Position numbers and translations under genes: made by a program. A DNA stretch of 64,000 nt from Kiritimatiellia bacterium (lineage in GTDB: Bacteria > Verrucomicrobiota > Kiritimatiellia > RFP12 > UBA1067), in contig JAZQOS010000021.1 in the NCBI GenBank assembly GCA_045627925.1, positions 10,012 to 74,011 on the forward strand, read 5' to 3'. The notes below the pieces were generated by a model. The model saw nothing but the letters and a program-made list of their open reading frames with translations. It was not told the DNA's origin and made no database searches. Shown one piece after another: positions 25,201 to 32,968 of the stretch (within the stretch, counting starts at the first letter, position 1; each line of letters opens with the position of its first letter).

Positions 25201-28200
25201 CGCCCAGACCGTCGGTAAACGCCCTCGTCGTTTCTCCCTGCTTCCAGTTCTGCGCCTCCGTTGACCAAACCGCGCCATCCGCGCCATTCCAAGTAAGCAC
25301 CTTCGCGGTATCGAAGAAGGAGCCGTCCTCGCCGGCGACGCCGCTGACCGGCGTATCGAGATTGCCGACGTAGAAGCTCGCACCGTTGTCGATCAATTTC
25401 GCACCGACGAGCGGAGTGATCTGGTAAGTGCCGGTCGCATTCTTCGGGAGGATCACCTTGGTGCCGGCGTCAAACACAAGCTTCTTGACATTCGGAAGCG
25501 GCAGCGCGGCGAATTCCACCGTAATCTCGGGCCCGATTTCCACCTCGCCCGCGAGAGCGTTCGCGTTCTTGACGAGCACCTTGCCCGAACCGGTGAAAAC
25601 GAGCTTGCCCTGATCGCGATCGACGAGCGTGGCGTCAATCGTCAAGACCGAATCGGCGGCGAGATCGACCGTTGTCGTACCCTTAAGCGCGATTGCGCCC
25701 TGATTGATCGTCGAGAGCTTGGAATTCCCCGAAACCGAAAGCGCCAGCTCCGATGTCGCCGAAGTGCCAAAGCTAAAAGTCTGCGTCCGCTCGACGCGCA
25801 ATTCGCCGTTATTGAGCGCCAGTGGCAATTCAAGCGCCTCGAAACTCTTCTCCTCGCTCAGACCGATGTTGGGATTGATGCCGATTTCAAGCCGCCCGTT
25901 TTCAATCGTGCCGAAGGTTTCGGCGGTTGCATCCTTGAAGGCGTTGAAAGTTTCGAGCCGAAGATCCATATCGACTACCGAAAACGGCAGAAATCGCGCA
26001 AGCGCGCCCGCGGTATTGCTTCTAAGAACATTGCCAGTGAGGTGGCCGCCTTGCGGAACCTCGAAAGCGAGATTGTCGAAGTCGAGCCACGCCCCCGCCT
26101 TGTCCGAATAAAAATCGAGAATCGCGTTCGAGCCCGCCATCGTCACCGTTCCGACGTTCGTCATCTTCGCGATGTAGAACTTCTGGTCGCCCTCGAAGCG
26201 AACATTGCCCTTTTCTTCGGTGAACTCAAGTCCGTTGTGGCCGACGCCGCCGCCCGTGGCAAACGTCACATTTCCACGATTAACCAGAATGTCGGTCGTG
26301 AAGCGCGCCACTCCCTCGCCCGTCAACTTGAAGGTCGCGCCAACGGGCTGCTCGACGACGAGCTTCAGCGCCGCGATTTTGTTCGCGCCGACGTTCATCG
26401 TAAGATCACCGGTCGGTGCAATCGACGCGGTGTTCGCATGGTCGTAAACGCAAGGGAAGCCATTGGTTGTCCACAAGGAGTCGGTGAGATTCCAGTTCGC
26501 CTCGCCCGTGGTCGCTCCCACCCAAACGTAGTCCTCGAGCGCATAGGGCTCGGGCAATGGATCGCCGTAGGCCATCGGACACGCCCAGCACCAGCGACCG
26601 GTTCCCCAGTTCCGATGATTCGTATAATTCTGCAACATGTAGAGCCACGCGTCGCCCGGTCCGCGCTGCGCCCCGTACGGCTCGCCCCAACTCGTTTCGC
26701 CCAAATATCCGCGCATATAGAGCATCTCCAAGCCAATGCAAAGTCCGTCGCCGCCGGGCAAGCCGCTCATGGCGCTTCCGCCCCAAGTCGTACGCGTGTT
26801 GCCGACGGTGAAGACCGCGCCGCCATTCGGGTTTTCAATGAGCGAATCGCAGTTACACGCCTTGATGTAGCCGCTCGCGTTGGAGTTTCCGGTCCAATCC
26901 GGACATCCGGTAAGGCAAGGCCCGATGGCGATGAACGCACGCATGAGCGCGGACATGTTCTGCGAGCTCTCGTTCATAAAGCTATGATTCGCCATACCCG
27001 CTTGCGAACCGTGACCATCGGCGAAAACAAGTTCCCAATCCTGACTGTGCAACGAATTGATCGCCGACTCGTGATTGGCGAATTTACCCGACCAAGTCGT
27101 ATCGGTCACCATCTCGTTATGCGTAATTGGCGAGTACTTTCCCATCAGCTCGCGCATAATGAGCGAAGTCGGATACTCCGAGTCCGTCCAAGTCGGACCG
27201 TGAGCGGTGTCGTAGAGGTTCATCGCGCCGGTGTAAAACTCCATTTCGTTGCGAAAAACCAGATTGTGGGAAAGCGCCGGATAACCGCCGACTTTTTCCG
27301 CGACGCCGACGAACTTGCGTCGCCCGTCGAAAGTCGGAGTGTCGACTCGACGAACCTTGGCGAGATAGTTCTCGACCGTCTTCGCGTAAGTTAGCGTATA
27401 AACGTCGCTTCGCCAATCACAATCGCACTTGATCGGAATTCGCGTCACGACCACATCCGGCATAAGGTCGATCCAACCGTCCGGCTCGTTGGCGTAGATT
27501 CCGTCGCCTTCGGAGTTCTGTTCGGTATTGCTACCGGCATCCCACGGATACTTCGAGCCCTCGGGTATGTCACAACAGGCGTAGAAGACATCGGAAGGAA
27601 CCGGCGAATCCGACGAACCGAAGTGCGTATCGCTCCTGGGGATCGTATAAATGCCCGGCAGCGCGTTATCGGGCCCGGCGACGTATTGTTTCTCGGGAGT
27701 GGTGATGGTAATATTCTTGCGCGAAGTCGTCGGCTTACCGTTCGCCGGACAGCCGTGCGCGTCGTAAAACGCACCCGCGAGCACGAAGTAGTGCGTACCC
27801 TTCTTCGCTTCCCGACTGATGTAGGCGTGAAGCCGCTCCGCGTCGTTACGCGCGTAATACCCTAAAGTCGAATCGGTCGTGTTGACGGGAAAGTCGGCGA
27901 GAATATCCTTGAAGTTGACGCAGGCGAAAACCATTTCCGGGTGATCGGCTGCGCGCGCGGCGACGTAATCCTCCCAAATCGAGATGTACATGTTCGGCGC
28001 GATGAGGATGTAATCCGGCTGATTCGGGTCGTCCTTTACGTAATCCACGTGCTCGCTTTCGGCTACCGCCATCGTCTGCATCGGCACGAGAAAATTCGCC
28101 TTGACGGTAAACCGCTTCGCCGCCTCGACCTTGCCGTTCGCGTAACGGAACGGCGTTACCTTTACTTGCAACACCTTCACGCCTGCACGAGATTGGACGG

Positions 28201-28597
28201 CGAGCGGAGTGATGTTGGCGCGCGGCCACGCTTCGGCGTAAAGCGCTTCGTCGGGCGGCGTGAACGGCGGATTGACAGTCGTCGTCAAATGCGGCTCCTG
28301 CACCGGCTCAATCTTCACCCCCTCGCCAATCGTCGCCCATTCGGCTTCGAACTCGCAACCAAGCAACTTGCCGCCCTTCGGCACGGTAAAGGTAACGAAC
28401 GTTTCCGGCAAGTTGGGCGCGCCAATCGGCTCCACCGCCGAATCGAGCCCCGGATAGACAATCGCCGAATAGCCGGCGTATTTGCTCTCGACGATTTGCG
28501 CTTGCGAGAAATCTCCGGGAAGCGTAATGGCGAGCGTATCGCCAAAGGCAAACGCGCTAACGCCCAAGACCAGTGTTGCGAATAAGAGCCGTTTCAT
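22253..28597 (-). CDS. Giant secreted peptidase C25 (gingipain)-like protein with beta-strand-repeat region and two discoidin-like modules (2114 aa)
   Basis: Signal peptide MKRLLFATLVLGVSAFAFG and an N-terminal propeptide-like beta-sandwich. C25-like core (YILIAPNMY...HYFVLAGAFYDAHG...DVFYACCD...VVVTRIP) with ADGHGS His and GPCLTG Cys. Long G/T/N/V-rich repeat region follows. Two modules start IRFIRFYFLE / IRYVRIYFLK. The protein ends LAPRIIVK. Confidence 0.85.
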   Translation of the reverse strand: MKRLLFATLVLGVSAFAFGDTLAITLPGDFSQAQIVESKYAGYSAIVYPGLDSAVEPIGAPNLPETFVTFTVPKGGKLLGCEFEAEWATIGEGVKIEPVQEPHLTTTVNPPFTPPDEALYAEAWPRANITPLAVQSRAGVKVLQVKVTPFRYANGKVEAAKRFTVKANFLVPMQTMAVAESEHVDYVKDDPNQPDYILIAPNMYISIWEDYVAARAADHPEMVFACVNFKDILADFPVNTTDSTLGYYARNDAERLHAYISREAKKGTHYFVLAGAFYDAHGCPANGKPTTSRKNITITTPEKQYVAGPDNALPGIYTIPRSDTHFGSSDSPVPSDVFYACCDIPEGSKYPWDAGSNTEQNSEGDGIYANEPDGWIDLMPDVVVTRIPIKCDCDWRSDVYTLTYAKTVENYLAKVRRVDTPTFDGRRKFVGVAEKVGGYPALSHNLVFRNEMEFYTGAMNLYDTAHGPTWTDSEYPTSLIMRELMGKYSPITHNEMVTDTTWSGKFANHESAINSLHSQDWELVFADGHGSQAGMANHSFMNESSQNMSALMRAFIAIGPCLTGCPDWTGNSNASGYIKACNCDSLIENPNGGAVFTVGNTRTTWGGSAMSGLPGGDGLCIGLEMLYMRGYLGETSWGEPYGAQRGPGDAWLYMLQNYTNHRNWGTGRWCWACPMAYGDPLPEPYALEDYVWVGATTGEANWNLTDSLWTTNGFPCVYDHANTASIAPTGDLTMNVGANKIAALKLVVEQPVGATFKLTGEGVARFTTDILVNRGNVTFATGGGVGHNGLEFTEEKGNVRFEGDQKFYIAKMTNVGTVTMAGSNAILDFYSDKAGAWLDFDNLAFEVPQGGHLTGNVLRSNTAGALARFLPFSVVDMDLRLETFNAFKDATAETFGTIENGRLEIGINPNIGLSEEKSFEALELPLALNNGELRVERTQTFSFGTSATSELALSVSGNSKLSTINQGAIALKGTTTVDLAADSVLTIDATLVDRDQGKLVFTGSGKVLVKNANALAGEVEIGPEITVEFAALPLPNVKKLVFDAGTKVILPKNATGTYQITPLVGAKLIDNGASFYVGNLDTPVSGVAGEDGSFFDTAKVLTWNGADGAVWSTEAQNWKQGETTRAFTDGLGVYFPEKGENLGIAVSGMRTVMFGSFANTESTYTFTKADDAASLVLNSLNSGGFLDFKLPVHVPGATHVMGGKLEINDDNAALALNTSEVRVYDGATFGTSSLANRFDKIRFIRFYFLEQSDSGKAGSRDGAGYYGVSMEEIRFSANGSEVIRGNIKSSSASVGYRNGNVGMLFNGAANTNASRGLYDTCCMLSATPEDMAARKVYITIELNTPSDMFDRYGIYASCRKAGDTLANWWTPRSWEVQVSYDGSVWTTVSTVSGQAPNTAAGGGWINNNNQNFGASLAKVPVSALGVRSGGTLLAEGAIEAAITLDDGAIIKAVEGKAMNCLEKTEVNFPENPIALDTSALTLGDEPQTIIVKSDFTFADLYRFKPLDAFASLRYLEGGKIAVVSGDNMGGPYVLAFGGEVNWDTAEWKYTQDGELVAFDGKWSEKRLEAAVDVKLDPSENTILTVDADVVCDRLMADDSKVLSGSDITFVSDGEHTIDAQTLDFSGFPGSVVYELACGKAHVIAGTYTRLMKSGTGILTVESGNTAVLSEPWGGTIEGNGTVVIDPGAGKTVDSAILACNSEATIRLASGSMTIPANASVTVAKLVCEGGATIVTVPTASGWALRNKSVEIQAGGRLEISVDNDGWTTNLDYSKIGGGGTIVYANDSGSPVTTLPALATVSTLKFAIGRGNFDVGVVSVPGITIESGATFSATSLADSSKIRYVRIYFLKTSSGNKVHLSRLRFSRNGENLNSVFARASITSSSGTTQGGSIGISDWLSSGDPSWIEVSLGIDQGSSLSMSVADMANRKLYVTIDFKNNPIDMFTDYRFTSADTNWGGLPVDWDVEVSTDGNEFVNVASVRGSSTSGNYGGTASRVAPLTVEAGGALLAKGSITAKISLAEGAIIKAVSGETLTLGHDADFIFPKTGTIKIDLSGVELERGNSIVLITGKTFTEDDLARFEPINLPKGCSLKIGEGGALTLRSPARLAPRIIVK

Positions 28598-28609
28598 ATT
28601 TCCAATTCC

Positions 28610-28644
28610 TTACTTGACGATGATTCTCGGGGCGAGGTGCGCCG
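28610..28644 (-). pseudogene. Orphan remnant of a paralogue 3' end (encodes ...HLAPRIIVK-stop)
   Basis: 34 of 35 nt are identical to 22253-22287, the last codons plus stop of the 2114-aa gene. It lies in the 77-nt spacer between the 1248-aa gene stop and the 2114-aa gene start. No ORF body is attached. Confidence 0.7.
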
Positions 28645-28674
28645 TGTCAAGTAAGCGCACCTCACAAGCGCGTC

Positions 28675-31600
28675 TTACCTTACGGTAATCATTGGTGCAC
28701 GGTTAAAGCGAACAAGCTGAAGTTCACCATTCTCGCTCAAAACCAACCGTCTACTTCGTCCAACGACCTCAAACTTTGCTAGATCGTCTTGGGTAAAGAC
28801 AACGCCCTTGATTACCTCAATTGGCGCGCGATTTTCAGAATCCAAACCATTTGCATCAATCTTTACCTTACCGGTATCGGGAAGCGTAACTTTCGAGCCG
28901 CTTGCAAGAGTCAGCGACTTACCATCCGTCGCCTTCAAAATCGAATCGGCCGCCAAAGTGATATTAGCCGTAGCATTTCCTTGCGCAACCAATGTTCCTT
29001 CCTCCGCAACCAAAACTTCCGCCTTGGAAAATGCAAGGCCAAAAGCAGTCGAACTATTACCATACCACATCTCGCCAGTGCCAGCAGCTGGAACCGCTCT
29101 GCCCGAGACCCTGCTTACCGTCACCCAATTGACTCCATCTGGGCTCACATCAACCCTAAAATCGGTTAAGCTTTCGGTGTTGTGCGGAGAAGTGGCCGCG
29201 GATGCCGCAAGGCCATAACTCGTCGGCATTGGTTGAGGTTCGCTAAACACATACTCAAGATAGAACTGCTCCTTGGACAAAATATCGCTATCGTTCGCCG
29301 TAATGGTACAATGACTATCCGAACCGGTAAATGAACCGCTAAGTCCACTCGCATCACCATCGCGCAAATATCCCTCATTCGAAACAGACCCCAAGCTCGA
29401 AGGATATGAGACTTTGAGATTGGCGCTGGCACCTTTGGGCAATAGCGATCCGGCGGAAGTATTGAATCGCAATTCCAAAATTGAAACAATGTTACCATCG
29501 CTATTCGTCCTGATTGGATAGAAGCGAACTCCTTTAATCGTCTCGATCTTGTTAATAATTTCGTCGGCCGCAAAAACCGCACCATTCTGGATATCAAGTC
29601 GTGGAACGCTCACCGAATTAAGCGCAACATCGCCTCCCGACACCATCATTCCGTTTGGCGCGTTCACCTCGTTCTCAAATATAACATCCTCGGAAAGTGC
29701 CGCGCTGCCGATAGTAAGCGGCTCGCCGGTAAAGCGATAAACCGAGTGCTGATTGCCAAACGCCACAAAAGCGCACGAAAGCGCATTAGGCAAATTAACC
29801 GTAACTTCCTCTGCGTTCTCAATATCCGGGAAATAATACTTGCCGTTCCCGCTTTGAGTATCCGTCCAATCGCCCGACGCCTGATTCCAAACGATAAACT
29901 TCGAAATATCAAAGAACGCGCCGGATGTCGCCCGTCCTTCAACTGGCGTATCACCGCCTAATTCAAAAACTTGCGCTCCCTCTTCAAGATCAAGGACCGC
30001 CCCGCTCATTGAAAGAATATTGTAAAACCCTTCGGCGCTTGGCGGAATCACTAACTTCGAATTACCGTCAATCGTAAGTTTCGTAACATTGCGAAGCGGT
30101 ATTTCGTTTAAGATTAGCGTTCCCGAATTAACCGTAACTTCCCCGGCAATGCTAATATCCGTTTCAACCGACGTGCTTCCGCCCTCGATGACAATTTTAC
30201 CTTCCGTCGTTTCGTCGGCAACCATTGACGCATTGAAAACAAGGTTTGCCTCGTTTTCCAAGGTAAACGTCGTCGTGCCAAAAAGCGTCGCCTTGCCACC
30301 ATTCACCGTTTCCACCGACGAGTCACCGCTCACGCCAACTTCAAGCCCGGAACCATCGGGACGGCCAAAGCCGGCCGTCGTTGTCCGATCAACATAAAGC
30401 GTACCATTGTCGAGCGCAATCGAACCCGAAAAGTATTCCCAGCAATTGGCAAGTCCGTAATTGGGGTTAAAGGTAATTCCGAGCCCGCCGTTCTCAACCG
30501 TCGCAAAACCGCTCTCGAGGTTGGCGTCCTTAAACGCATTGACCGTTCCCAGCGCAACGCAAGTATTCTCAACTGCAAGAGGCAAAAAGTCCTTGAGCTG
30601 CCCTTCCGTGCGTCCACGCAGAATATTGCCTTCGCACATAGTATTTCCTTCGCCAACCAGAGTTAGCGTCGAGAACTTCGGCGCTGCGGTGTCGAAGTCT
30701 AGTGTCGTGCCATTACCCGCAAGCGCGACTTCGCTTGCACCCGTCGGCTGAATCATATAGGCCTTAGTTGGCGAAGCGACGGTAAGAACGCCACTCCCGC
30801 CGGCGAAATTGACGCCCTCCCCGCCAACGCCGCCGTTCGCCGCGAAGCGAAGCGTCGAGCCATCCGTTACATTAAGCTTGGTCATTACCTTAAAGATGTT
30901 GTCGCCGGTAATTGACGTCCCGCCCTTCACGTTAAGCGTCGTATAACCCGTGTCTTCATCGACCGCAATCTCCGTCTCGTTCAAGGTCGTCTCGGGAATG
31001 GCGATTGATATCTTCATTAGCGGATCGCCATAAAGAATCTGCTCGACCATGCAAAAGCGAGCAGTTGTTCCGGTATTGCCGCAATACCTCTGACGCGCAT
31101 CCAACCAAGCCGATCCGATATCCATATCCTTTTCAAAAACCCCTTGCTTCATATAGTACTGGAGCGAGCTCGAAAGGCCGTCGTCATCAATCGACACATT
31201 ATTCGTACCGAAGCCATAACGCGAATTGTGAACGCTGGCGACCGTGCCGCCGTTTAGCGACTCGATTTCGGCTTCGGCAAGCGTCATGCCCCCGCCGTCA
31301 ATATGTCCCGTCATGCATGAAAAACCCGAAAACACAATCTTCGTTATACCACTTGCCTTAAGGTAGTTGTTTACATTGATGTACTTGCAGTAAAGATCCG
31401 CAGCCGAGCCGTGGTCACGATATTCAACTGCTTCACGATCATGGGCAAAATAATGAGCGGCCGCTTCTTCGATAGTGGCATGGTCCGCTCCCCACCCGTA
31501 AACAAAAAGCGGATTGCCCTCGAGAATCGGACGGCGTGGCGCAATCATATTCTTTACCGTATTACGCGGCAGCTCTTCCGCATCAATCCACTTGCCGCCA

Positions 31601-32421
31601 TGACGCGGATCGAACATGTTGATTCCTCCGTCGTAAAACTCGCGCTCCTCCCGCATGGTGCGGCCATTGGTAATATTATAGGTCGTCCTGACCTGACCGC
31701 CAGCCGATGCGAAGTGATATGTTCCGCCAAAGTCGTCGGATTCGACTCGAGCAACCTTCGCCTTGAACGCGGCGATTACCTCCTTTGGCGTGGCGGATGG
31801 ATGCTTTTCAATCGGGATACGCGCAATAATGACATCCGCGTAAAAGTCATTAGCGTCGTTACCCAACTCTCCCGAGTCAACATACTTACCGTTACCATTG
31901 GAATCCCACGGCCATTTGCCCTCTTTCACATCCAAGCAGGCGTAAAACATATCCGAAACCGGATGTTCGGGGTCGTCATTGGCGAGGTTGACACTTCCGG
32001 CCTTCCGTGGCTGAGTGAAAACATTGGGAATTTTGGTTTGCAGTCGCGCATCCTCAATTGACGTAATTGCCTGTGCATCTGCCCATGACCCGCCAAGAAC
32101 GAAATAATATTTCTTTCGCTCGTCCGCGTTGGTTATGCCATTCATTTGATTGCGAATCCACTTGTGAATGGATTCCGCGGGATTACGCACCTCGCCCTCG
32201 CTCGCCGCCGGGTCGAACGGATAAGCGGCGTAAATATCAGCAGCGTTCACGAGTCTAAACTCTACATCAGGACGTTGCTCTGCACGCATCTCAATATACG
32301 CTTGCCAATCACTGGTGTATGCAGGCGGAGAAATGAGCGTATAATGATATTCCTTAGCCGCATCCGCAAGCGAGGTGCCCGCGATAGACGCGAGCACAAG
32401 ACCAAAAACTTCTTTTTTCAT
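28675..32421 (-). CDS. Secreted peptidase C25-like protein with beta-strand-repeat region and one discoidin-like module (1248 aa)
   Basis: Signal peptide MKKEVFGLVLASIAGTSLA, AGGAG RBS. C25-like core without the propeptide domain (YYFVLGGSWADAQ..., DMFYACLD, IIARIP). RDHGS His and FSCMTG Cys. Module IKGVRFYPIRTN... Ends NRAPMITVR. Confidence 0.85.
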   Translation of the reverse strand: MKKEVFGLVLASIAGTSLADAAKEYHYTLISPPAYTSDWQAYIEMRAEQRPDVEFRLVNAADIYAAYPFDPAASEGEVRNPAESIHKWIRNQMNGITNADERKKYYFVLGGSWADAQAITSIEDARLQTKIPNVFTQPRKAGSVNLANDDPEHPVSDMFYACLDVKEGKWPWDSNGNGKYVDSGELGNDANDFYADVIIARIPIEKHPSATPKEVIAAFKAKVARVESDDFGGTYHFASAGGQVRTTYNITNGRTMREEREFYDGGINMFDPRHGGKWIDAEELPRNTVKNMIAPRRPILEGNPLFVYGWGADHATIEEAAAHYFAHDREAVEYRDHGSAADLYCKYINVNNYLKASGITKIVFSGFSCMTGHIDGGGMTLAEAEIESLNGGTVASVHNSRYGFGTNNVSIDDDGLSSSLQYYMKQGVFEKDMDIGSAWLDARQRYCGNTGTTARFCMVEQILYGDPLMKISIAIPETTLNETEIAVDEDTGYTTLNVKGGTSITGDNIFKVMTKLNVTDGSTLRFAANGGVGGEGVNFAGGSGVLTVASPTKAYMIQPTGASEVALAGNGTTLDFDTAAPKFSTLTLVGEGNTMCEGNILRGRTEGQLKDFLPLAVENTCVALGTVNAFKDANLESGFATVENGGLGITFNPNYGLANCWEYFSGSIALDNGTLYVDRTTTAGFGRPDGSGLEVGVSGDSSVETVNGGKATLFGTTTFTLENEANLVFNASMVADETTEGKIVIEGGSTSVETDISIAGEVTVNSGTLILNEIPLRNVTKLTIDGNSKLVIPPSAEGFYNILSMSGAVLDLEEGAQVFELGGDTPVEGRATSGAFFDISKFIVWNQASGDWTDTQSGNGKYYFPDIENAEEVTVNLPNALSCAFVAFGNQHSVYRFTGEPLTIGSAALSEDVIFENEVNAPNGMMVSGGDVALNSVSVPRLDIQNGAVFAADEIINKIETIKGVRFYPIRTNSDGNIVSILELRFNTSAGSLLPKGASANLKVSYPSSLGSVSNEGYLRDGDASGLSGSFTGSDSHCTITANDSDILSKEQFYLEYVFSEPQPMPTSYGLAASAATSPHNTESLTDFRVDVSPDGVNWVTVSRVSGRAVPAAGTGEMWYGNSSTAFGLAFSKAEVLVAEEGTLVAQGNATANITLAADSILKATDGKSLTLASGSKVTLPDTGKVKIDANGLDSENRAPIEVIKGVVFTQDDLAKFEVVGRSRRLVLSENGELQLVRFNRAPMITVR

Positions 32422-32431
32422 ATTTCTCCTT

Positions 32432-32638
32432 CTATCGTTGCGGCTTTGGCAATCCTGCTCCGCTGAAAATAGCCTGTAATGTGCCTTGCTTCAACGGCGC
32501 ATTTCCATGATGAGGAACTGGAATGCTTCGATTCAACGCGAGATTCTTCCAAATGTAATGACTACCTCGAATTCGGTGCAAGACATAGCCGTTGGCCGAT
32601 AGCAGACGCTCAACCTCCTGCGCTGTCAGCGGTTTCAT
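32432..32638 (-). CDS. hicA: HicA-family mRNA interferase toxin
   Basis: 68 aa, MKPLTAQEVERLLSANGYVLHRIRGSHYIWKNLALNRSIPVPHHGNAPLKQGTLQAIFSGAGL. This is the HicA pattern (G-S-H ... VP.H ... L..GTL..I). ATGA overlap with hicB. Confidence 0.85.
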   Translation of the reverse strand: MKPLTAQEVERLLSANGYVLHRIRGSHYIWKNLALNRSIPVPHHGNAPLKQGTLQAIFSGAGLPKPQR

Positions 32639-32871
32639 GCATGCACCAATTCGTCACCAACGGATTTTTTCTCGGAAAGCCGTTCGATTGCCATTGAAAT
32701 ATATGCCTCAAGGCATCCTTGAGCGGCTTCGATGACATTTGCGCGACATTCTTCGACCGTCTCACCTTCCGAGGCACAACCGGGCATAGCGGGTATTTCA
32801 CCCCAATACCCACCTTCTTCGGCCCTATGAATGGCTATGCGCCAATCTTCTCTCGCAAAGAAATCTCCCAT
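32635..32871 (-). CDS. hicB: HicB-family antitoxin (UPF0150 fold, short form)
   Basis: 78 aa, ...IAIHRAEEGGYWGEIPAMPGCASEGETVEECRANVIEAAQGCLE. This is the characteristic HicB N-terminal domain. It sits directly upstream of and overlapping hicA. Confidence 0.8.
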   Translation of the reverse strand: MGDFFAREDWRIAIHRAEEGGYWGEIPAMPGCASEGETVEECRANVIEAAQGCLEAYISMAIERLSEKKSVGDELVHA

Positions 32872-32892
32872 TGGTATCGCCCTTTCGAGTGC

Positions 32893-32922
32893 ATTATAAC
32901 ACTTTTAGTTGATAATGGTCAA
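32893..32922 (-). promoter_or_regulatory. Sigma70-type promoter for hicBA (TTGACC-N18-TGtTATAAT)
   Basis: The reverse strand reads TTGACCattatcaactaaaagTGtTATAATgcactcgaaagggcgataccaATG. The -35 is at 32922-32917 and the -10 at 32898-32893 with an extended -10 TG. Confidence 0.55.
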
Positions 32923-32968
32923 CACACCACTCCAACTAACTGCGGTCAATCGGCTCATCGCCACGCTA

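Noticed and set aside
28634-28663. Hairpin GAGGTGCGC-12 nt-GCGCACCTC as an intrinsic terminator of the 1248-aa gene.
   Set aside because: A 9-bp GC-rich stem is present just after the stop, but no U-tract follows on the minus-strand transcript and the loop is long at 12 nt. It is more simply explained as a by-product of the duplicated flank and gene-end scar. It could still act as an attenuator or RNA-stability element.
32929-32940. The 11-nt match TTAGTTGGAGT (reverse strand near 32930-32940, plus strand near 41053-41063) as inverted terminal repeats of a mobile element spanning 32.9-41.1 kb.
   Set aside because: An 11-nt match is expected by chance many times among all position pairs in 64 kb. 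No transposase or integrase and no target-site duplication were found. The bracketed region contains a full giant paralogue that looks native to the array.
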